From an uncultured archaeon (GTDB lineage: Archaea; Asgardarchaeota; Lokiarchaeia; Sigyniarchaeales; SOKP01), in assembly GCA_964632315.1 (NCBI GenBank), contig CAZWEM010000052.1:1-31086 (forward strand): 31,086 nt of DNA, given 5' to 3'. How positions within the stretch are numbered: position 1 is the stretch's first letter; each line of letters begins with the position of its first letter. Below the pieces are notes generated by a model, which saw only the letters and a program-made list of their open reading frames with translations, made no database searches and was not told where the DNA came from. Positions 9,966 to 16,460 of the stretch are shown piece after piece. The position numbers and the translations under genes were made by a program.

Positions 9966-10029
9966 GTATCGGATTTATAGAATCTTGATGAATAAATTTA
10001 GTGTTATTACAAGAATTATAGATCCGTAC
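9966..10029 (+). promoter_or_regulatory. Long stem-loop in the hdrA 5' leader
   Basis: CGGATTTATA (9970-9979) pairs with TATAGATCCG (10017-10026), with one G-U pair. TCTTG (9983-9987) pairs with CAAGA (10010-10014), and AATAA (9991-9995) with TTATT (10004-10008). Closed by GTA/TAC. Confidence 0.5.
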
Positions 10030-10045
10030 AAAATTGTAGTAACTT

Positions 10046-10052
10046 GAGGTGA
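10046..10052 (+). promoter_or_regulatory. Shine-Dalgarno-like GAGGTGA upstream of hdrA
   Basis: Matches the archaeal anti-SD complement and ends 13 nt before ATG 10066. Confidence 0.55.
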
Positions 10053-10065
10053 GTGTGAAAAAAGA

Positions 10066-12009
10066 ATGGAAAATACCCAAAAGCATCGGATTGGATACTA
10101 TGCATGTCAGTGAGGTATAAACATACGGAGTAAAGTTGATTGCAATAAACTAGTAGAATTCGCAAAGCAATTTGATGATGTAGTCGTAGCCAAGACTCAT
10201 TCGTTCTTATGTACGGAAAGCGGTCAAAATGAAATCATGAAAGACATTGAGGAACAGAAACTGGATCGCATTATAGCTTCTGCTTGAACCCCTCGGACTC
10301 ATGAACCAGTATATCGTGGATCAATAGCAAAAACTAGTTTAAGTCCCTATTATTTTCAAATGGTCAACGTACGCGAACATTGTAGTTGGTGTACGGAAAA
10401 AAACGAAGAGGCACTTGAAAAAGCTAAGATTCTTGTAAAAGGAGGGCTTGAACGAGTAAGACGACTGGAAGTTGTGCCTGTTAAAACTGTACCCGTTGAA
10501 AAGGCAACTCTGGTTATTGGAGGCGGTATCGCTGGGATGAATGCTGCTCTAGATTTAGCAAACCAAGGTATAAAGGTATACCTTGTAGAGCAAAAATCAA
10601 CCATAGGAGGTCGAATGGCTCAATTAGATCGCACATTCCCAACGGACGACTGTTCTATTTGAATATGCGGGCCTAAGATGTTGGAGGTTAACCGTCATGA
10701 GAACATATCGATTTTGAGTTATAGTGATGTGAAAAGCGTGGAAGGATATGTTGGAAATTATGAAGTAACGGTTGAAAAAAGACCGAGATTCATCGATCCA
10801 GAAAAGTGCAACGGATGTGGTGCTTGCTCTGAGGTTTGTCCAACTTACACGACGAATTTCTTTGATGAATTTTTAGGAGCACGAAAGACTATAGATATTT
10901 CATTTGGTCAAGCAGTTCCGTTTCTTTACGATATACATCGTGAAACGTGTGTTGAATGTTTTAATTGCGTGGAAGCTTGCGAGCTCAATGCCATTGATTT
11001 TAGTCAAATCCCTGAAGAAGTTAAATTCAAGGTCGGTACAATAATTATTGCGACAGGTTGGGATATCTATGAACCCTTTGGCGAGTATGGATACGGAGAA
11101 ATCGAAAATGTGATAACACAAGCTCAATTGGAACGGATGCTAGCACCTAATGGTCCTTTAGGAGGGCATGTTCGAAGGATTTCGGATGAGAAGAAGCCAA
11201 AAGAAATTGTTTTCATACAATGTGTAGGAAGCCGGCAGACTGATAGGACTTATTGTTCGGGAGTATGCTGTATGTTAGCGCTCAAGAACGGAAAGTTGCT
11301 CAAAGAAGAATTTCCTGACGCAAATATTACGATCTGTTATATTGATATTCGAACGAACGAGAAAGGCTTTGAAGAGTATTATCAACGAGCTAAGGATTCC
11401 GACATTCGAATGATTCGCGGAAAAGTAGGTGAACTCTCTGAAGATCCTGAAACTAAAAATGTAAAAATTCGCGTTTATTCATCATTAACTGATGAAATAA
11501 TCAAGATTGATGCCGATTTAGTAGTTCTCTCCACGGCAGCCTTACCTTCAAAAGGAACTCGTGATATCGCAAAGATACTCAATTTAGACATTGATATGAA
11601 CGGTTTCTTGACTGAAAGTCACTTTGGACTTATGCCACAAGAAACGAAAGCGAAGGGAATCTTTATAGCGGGATTTGCACAGGGTCCTAAGGATATTGCA
11701 TATTCTGTTTCACAAGCGAGAGCAGCTGCAAGTAAGGTGGCTGAGCTAACATCTGCAGGAGAAATCGATTTAGAATTAATCGTTGCAGAAGTGGACAAGG
11801 CCTTTTGCATATCTTGTAGGCGTTGTGAGAAGGAATGCCCAAAGGGAGCAATCAGAATCGTTGAATCAGAGGGAGCTGTTGTAGATGAAATAAATTGCGA
11901 CGGGTGCGGAATTTGTGCTACTTGTTGCCCAACGAAAGCAATTGACATTCGCTATTATAGAGACGATCAAATTATGGCAGAAATTGATGGAATTTTAGAA
12001 GGAGGTTAA
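10066..12009 (+). CDS. hdrA: Heterodisulfide reductase subunit A, selenoprotein with three Sec (U16, U74, U199), 647 aa
   Basis: Single frame from ATG 10066 to TAA 12007-12009, interrupted only by TGA at 10111 (RIGYYACQUGINI), 10285 (IASAUTPRTHE) and 10660 (TFPTDDCSIUICGPKM). Each TGA aligns with a Cys in the paralog at 16460 (CHCGINI, VASCTPRTHE, TFPTNDCSLCILAPKM). FAD motif GGGIAG, ferredoxin insert, CVGSR..YCSGVCC and C-terminal 2x[4Fe-4S] are all intact. Merges track ORFs 10360..10662 and 10678..12009. Confidence 0.93.
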
Positions 12010-12014
12010 ACGAA

Positions 12015-12464
12015 ATGGAGCATGAATACAAGATTATAATGTTTGCATGTTTGAAATGAGGTTATGGAGCCGCCGATTTAGCTGGTGTTTCTCGAATGAA
12101 ATATACGCCCTCAGTAAAGATTATTAAGGTAAGATGTACCGGGATGGTGGATGTAAAGTATATTCTTCATTCCATTAAACAAGGAGCAGACGGCGTTATG
12201 ATCGTGGGATGAAGACCAGATGAATGCCAGTTTAAAGTTGGGAACTTCACAGCCCAGAAACATGTAGATCTCGCCAACCACATTTTAGAACGTAGAGGTT
12301 TTGGAAATCAGAGAGTCAATATGTACTGGTGTAGTAGTGCTGAATCTGAAAAATTAGTTAAAAGTGTAGAAGACGCATTTGAAAAAATCCAACGTTTAGG
12401 TCCTAATCCGATAAGTATACCGGGTTTAGAAACATCGAAAGAAGAAGTATCAACCACCCCATAG
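12015..12464 (+). CDS. mvhD: MvhD/VhuD [2Fe-2S] subunit, selenoprotein with two Sec (U15, U66), 149 aa
   Basis: Missed by the ORF track. MEHEYKIIMFACLKUGYGAADLAGVSRMKY...VRCTGMVD...GADGVMIVGURPDECQF...RLGPNP...STTP*. TGA at 12057 and 12210 align with Cys in the paralog at 19567 (CCNWCSYAGADLAG; SGCHIGDC). SD GGAGGT at 12001-12006; ends in TAG. Confidence 0.93.
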
Positions 12465-12521
12465 AATGACTCCTGTAAAAAAATTGTAGTTACAGGATGA
12501 CGATCCTTGCAAGGATGGGGT
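12456..12521 (+). promoter_or_regulatory. Eukaryote-like SECIS element in the 3' UTR of hdrA-mvhD
   Basis: Helix I: ACCCCAT (12456-12462) with ATGGGGT (12515-12521). Core: ATGAC (12466-12470) opposite TGAC (12498-12501), giving tandem G.A/A.G pairs. Helix II: perfect TCCTGTAA (12471-12478) with TTACAGGA (12490-12497). Apical loop: AAAAATTGTAG. Confidence 0.88.
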
Positions 12522-12544
12522 TTTGTATTGTTATTGTTTGTATT
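12521..12544 (+). terminator. U-rich tract after the SECIS, candidate archaeal terminator
   Basis: TTTTGTATTGTTATTGTTTGTATT directly follows SECIS helix I. Confidence 0.35.
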
Positions 12545-12581
12545 AAAAAAATGTATTTGAAAAAAAATGAATTGAAGCTCT

Positions 12582-14087
12582 ATGGTCTCAATAGAAAAAA
12601 ATATTTTTGGAAATGTATCAATCAAGAATTTAATGGATGCAACCTACGAAGCATCCACTAATTTTCAAATTCGCGCCTTCTTTGAGGCAAAAGATGAGAT
12701 ATTAAAAGCCGGTAAATATTCTGAAAAAGAATTTTATGAAATTTTAGATGCGATGATTGATGCCGAGACAAGAAGGAAAATAATCTTTGAAAACCTTCGG
12801 GGAAAAGAACCGCTATTTTTATCTGAAATCGCGAATGAAATCACCATTTTTACTCCACAAGAAGTAATACGTGATGTGATCTACCTGAAAGCTCAGGGTT
12901 ATATGGAAGAACTCATTGAAGTTAAAACAAAAATGGTCACGAAAAAGATAAAAGGAGAAGAAAAGCAGGTTGAGGTCAAAGAATACTTTTACCGTTATCA
13001 AGCGAAGGAGCTAGCAAAAGATTTCATGGAAGAATATTTTAAGCCCGTTTCAGTGGTATTTGATAGTGGTGTTTGTTGCCATTGCGGGTGGTGTCATGCT
13101 ATTTGTCCAGTCAACGCGATTAACGTTGATGCTGATAATCTTAAAATTGATGATGAAGTTTGTATGAAGTGCGGATTGTGTTTTACAGTATGCCCTCGTT
13201 CTTTTTCTATTGATCAAGCTAATGCTGCGATAAACCAATTCAATAAAGAATTAAATTGGTCTGATAAGATTGGAGCATATGTAAACGCATATTCGGCAAG
13301 TACTAAAAATGAAGATATAATTAAGGTTCGACAAGATGGAGGAATTATCACGTCGATCGCGGAATACATGCTAAAAGAGAAATTAGTGGATGCCGTTATT
13401 GCGGTACAACATTCAAAAGATTTATGGAAACCAGAACCCGTTATTATTGAAAACGTGAAGAACTTATATAAAACTGCTGGAACTAAGTATGCAAATGCCC
13501 CCACATTAAAGATCATAGAAGAAGCTAAAAAATTTGAGAAGATTGCTGTCGTGGGGGTTCCATGCATGATGAAGGCTTTAGCAAAAGGAACATTATATCC
13601 CAGTGGATTACCTTTTTTCAAAAATATTAAATATAGATTAGGACTGTTCTGCATGGAATCATTTCCTTATGATGGCATCATACAACTTGCAAAAGAACAA
13701 TTTGATAAGGATATTAATGATTTAACTAAAATGAATATTGGTGGCGGAAAATTCATTATTAGATTAAAATCAGGAGAACAATTAGATGTGCCGCTAAAAG
13801 AAGTCCAAAAATATGCCCGTGGGAATTGCCACTACTGTGAAGATCTGACTTCAGATTACGCAGATATTTCTGTAGGTTCAATTGGATCTCAAGATGGATG
13901 GTCTTCGGTTATAACTCGTACACTTGAAACAGAAAAAATCTTCCAAGATATGATAAAAAAGGGGTATATTGAATCCAAGGACCTTAAAGAGGTAAAACCG
14001 GGATTTTCTTTAGTGGAACGAATTGGAGGTTCAAAAAGATCAAAATGTACTGATCCTTATGAAAAGGTAAAATCTTCTAAAGAGTAG
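12582..14087 (+). CDS. FrhB-family F420-binding subunit with ~155-aa N-terminal helical/winged-helix-like extension and 2x[4Fe-4S] domain
   Basis: CCHCGWCHAICP, CMKCGLCFTVCPR, QDGGIIT, AGTKY, VGVPC, GLFCMESF, CHYCEDLTSDYADISVGSIGS..GWSSVITRT. Confidence 0.9.
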   Translation: MVSIEKNIFGNVSIKNLMDATYEASTNFQIRAFFEAKDEILKAGKYSEKEFYEILDAMIDAETRRKIIFENLRGKEPLFLSEIANEITIFTPQEVIRDVIYLKAQGYMEELIEVKTKMVTKKIKGEEKQVEVKEYFYRYQAKELAKDFMEEYFKPVSVVFDSGVCCHCGWCHAICPVNAINVDADNLKIDDEVCMKCGLCFTVCPRSFSIDQANAAINQFNKELNWSDKIGAYVNAYSASTKNEDIIKVRQDGGIITSIAEYMLKEKLVDAVIAVQHSKDLWKPEPVIIENVKNLYKTAGTKYANAPTLKIIEEAKKFEKIAVVGVPCMMKALAKGTLYPSGLPFFKNIKYRLGLFCMESFPYDGIIQLAKEQFDKDINDLTKMNIGGGKFIIRLKSGEQLDVPLKEVQKYARGNCHYCEDLTSDYADISVGSIGSQDGWSSVITRTLETEKIFQDMIKKGYIESKDLKEVKPGFSLVERIGGSKRSKCTDPYEKVKSSKE

Positions 14088-14097
14088 TAAAGTAATT

Positions 14098-15213
14098 ATG
14101 AAAACTAAAACATTTGAGGATTTGATAAAGGAAATTCATGAAAAGGGAATCTGCCAAGAATGCGGTGGTTGCGTAAGCTTTTGCAGTTCTGCAGAATATG
14201 ATGTGATTGGCTTTAAGGATGCTTATAAGCCTCCTGTTTATGTAAATAAAGATAAATGTTTAGAATGTGGAATCTGCTATTGTATATGCCCTCAAACGCA
14301 TATTTTGGATGCAGAACTTAATGAAATGTATAATTTTTCTGATTATGCATCCATGCCCATCGGGAATTATGAAGATATCTATTCTTGTCAAGCAACAGAT
14401 GAAAGATTTTTGGAGTTTGGAACTGATGGGGGGGTTGTTAATACCATCATTTATTTCTTAATTGATGAAGGAATAGTAGATGGTGCCATAGTTTCTAAAA
14501 CTGAGGCTCCTTTTTCAAGAGAAGCGACTTTTGCTGACACCAAAGAAGATTTATTGAAAGCTTCGGGAGCAAAACTAGATATTACACCTCAGTTAAATGA
14601 AATCCAGAAGTTCTCTACATACACGCATTCTATTCCCGAATTGAATCATTATAAATTTAAAAAATTAGCAGTAGTGGGAACTCCTTGTCAGTTATATACA
14701 ATTGCATGTATGAGAGATTTAGGAGTCACTCCCTCACAAAATATTGAGATCTGTTTAGGATTATTTTGTTATGAAAATTTCTTTTTTGAGAAATCACAAA
14801 TTAAAAAATTTGAAAAAGATTTTAACATAAAATTTAAAGATATTTTAAAGATTAATATTAAAGAAGATGTGATTTTCACTCTAAAGGGGGGCACAACTGG
14901 AGAGAGAATGATACACGTGCCTTTTAATCACTTACAACCATACATGCGCCCCGCGTGTAATGCTTGTGCAGATTTTACAAATATTTATTCTGATATCTCT
15001 TTTGGAGGCCTTGGTTCTCCTGAAAAATATACTACGGTAATACCTCGTACTGAAAAAGGAAAGGAGATATTTAAAAAAGTTTTAAATAGAGGTCTAATAA
15101 AGAGTTTAGAGCTTGACAAATCAAGGAAAGAAAAGATGAGAGATATTATTACTAATTTTTCCCTCAATAAAGTAAAAAGAAGAGACGAATTTATGAAAAA
15201 AATTGAGAGTTGA
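14098..15213 (+). CDS. Second FrhB-family protein with 2x[4Fe-4S] domain
   Basis: CQECGGCVSFC, CLECGICYCICP, TDGGVV, VGTPCQ, GLFCYENF, CNACADF...DISFGGLGS. Confidence 0.88.
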   Translation: MKTKTFEDLIKEIHEKGICQECGGCVSFCSSAEYDVIGFKDAYKPPVYVNKDKCLECGICYCICPQTHILDAELNEMYNFSDYASMPIGNYEDIYSCQATDERFLEFGTDGGVVNTIIYFLIDEGIVDGAIVSKTEAPFSREATFADTKEDLLKASGAKLDITPQLNEIQKFSTYTHSIPELNHYKFKKLAVVGTPCQLYTIACMRDLGVTPSQNIEICLGLFCYENFFFEKSQIKKFEKDFNIKFKDILKINIKEDVIFTLKGGTTGERMIHVPFNHLQPYMRPACNACADFTNIYSDISFGGLGSPEKYTTVIPRTEKGKEIFKKVLNRGLIKSLELDKSRKEKMRDIITNFSLNKVKRRDEFMKKIES

Positions 15214-16460
15214 TGAGAATTACTGAAGCAGAAAAAGATTCTAGTTTAAACCAGGTTAAAAAGGAAGATGAAGCTTCCAGTATCTCTTTAAGATCATTAT
15301 TAAGTAAATGTTATCAATGTGCAAGATGTTCAGGGGTGTGTCAACTGTCTAAGGTTCAAAAGTTCACCCCCAGCCGTATTATTCAGAAAATATTGGAAGG
15401 ATTTGAAGATCAAGTTCTCCAATCAGGAGTGTTGTGGGATTGCTTAATGTGCAATAGTTGTCTTCAAAATTGTCCAGAAGACATAAACTTTGCTGATATT
15501 GTTAGGATAGCCCGTAGAAAAATGATAAATGAATATAATTTCGATGCGGATAATTATACTGCACATAAAGGCATCTACCTTTCAATTTCTGAACTCATGA
15601 GCAGACCAAATATAGAACCTAAAAGAAATTTGGATTGGATTCCAAAGAGTTGTAAAATTGCAGAAAAGGGAGAAGTGTTATACCATGTGGGATGTCTTCC
15701 ATATTTCAAGTTTGAATTTGATGAACTTGATCCCATTGCAATTAGTACCGTGAAACTCTTAAGTAAGACTGAGAAAAATCCAATCGTAATTCTTGAAAAT
15801 GAGTATTGCTGTGGTCACGATTTATATTGGGGACATGGAAATATGAAAGCGTTTTTATCGTTAGCAGAAAAGAATATTAACAATTTTGAGAAAGCTGGAA
15901 TAAAAAAAATCATCACCACGTGTTCTGAGGGATATCGCACGTTTAAAATTGATTATCCCAAATATTTTGAAGGATTTAATGATAAATTTGAAGTTAAGCA
16001 CATTATCGAATATGTGTACGAAAAATGGAAAGAAGGGATCATTGAATTTGATTCAACAAAAGCATATAAAGAAGGAACTACATTTTCTTTTCATGATCCA
16101 TGTCGTATGAGCAGATTTCTCCCAAAAGACAATAAAATCATGGACCAAGTTAGGGAAATATTTTCTCATCTAAAAAAAGTGGGAGTAAGTTTCAATGAAA
16201 TGCCCCATCACAAAGAAAACTCCTTATGTTGTGGAATTGGAAGCTGGATGGGATGCAATGAGCGATCAAAAGCTTTAAGATATAAGAGGTTGCTCGAAGC
16301 AAAAGAATCAGGAGATTTGATGATCACGAGTTGTCCCAAATGCATCATGCATTTTCAATGTTTACAAAAAGATTATGAGGATATTTCTGAAGTGTCTATA
16401 TTGGATTTCACGGAATTCATTCTTAACTTTATTAAATTTAAGAGCGTGAGGGATAAATAA
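15213..16460 (+). CDS. HdrD-like Fe-S oxidoreductase (HdrC-type 2x[4Fe-4S] plus two CCG domains)
   Basis: CYQCARCSGVC, CLMCNSCLQNCP, HVGC, YCCG, TTCSEG, FHDPC, LCCG, TSCPKC. ATG 15213 overlaps the upstream TGA. Confidence 0.87.
   Translation: MRITEAEKDSSLNQVKKEDEASSISLRSLLSKCYQCARCSGVCQLSKVQKFTPSRIIQKILEGFEDQVLQSGVLWDCLMCNSCLQNCPEDINFADIVRIARRKMINEYNFDADNYTAHKGIYLSISELMSRPNIEPKRNLDWIPKSCKIAEKGEVLYHVGCLPYFKFEFDELDPIAISTVKLLSKTEKNPIVILENEYCCGHDLYWGHGNMKAFLSLAEKNINNFEKAGIKKIITTCSEGYRTFKIDYPKYFEGFNDKFEVKHIIEYVYEKWKEGIIEFDSTKAYKEGTTFSFHDPCRMSRFLPKDNKIMDQVREIFSHLKKVGVSFNEMPHHKENSLCCGIGSWMGCNERSKALRYKRLLEAKESGDLMITSCPKCIMHFQCLQKDYEDISEVSILDFTEFILNFIKFKSVRDK

Noticed and set aside
10360-12009. Track ORFs 10360..10662 and 10678..12009 as separate genes
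   Set aside because: They are same-frame fragments of one HdrA split at Sec codons.
10066-12464. hdrA/mvhD as pseudogenes with nonsense mutations
   Set aside because: All five interruptions are TGA, all fall at conserved Cys positions, there are no frameshifts or TAA/TAG, and a SECIS follows.
12308-12625. 105-aa minus-strand ORF
   Set aside because: Antisense to Sec-mvhD, the SECIS and the frhB start, with no recognisable motifs.
15211-15216. Sec read-through at the end of the second frhB (and likewise at 19568)
   Set aside because: The domains are complete, the positions are not Cys-homologous, the stops overlap the next ATG, and a second stop follows immediately or within a few codons.
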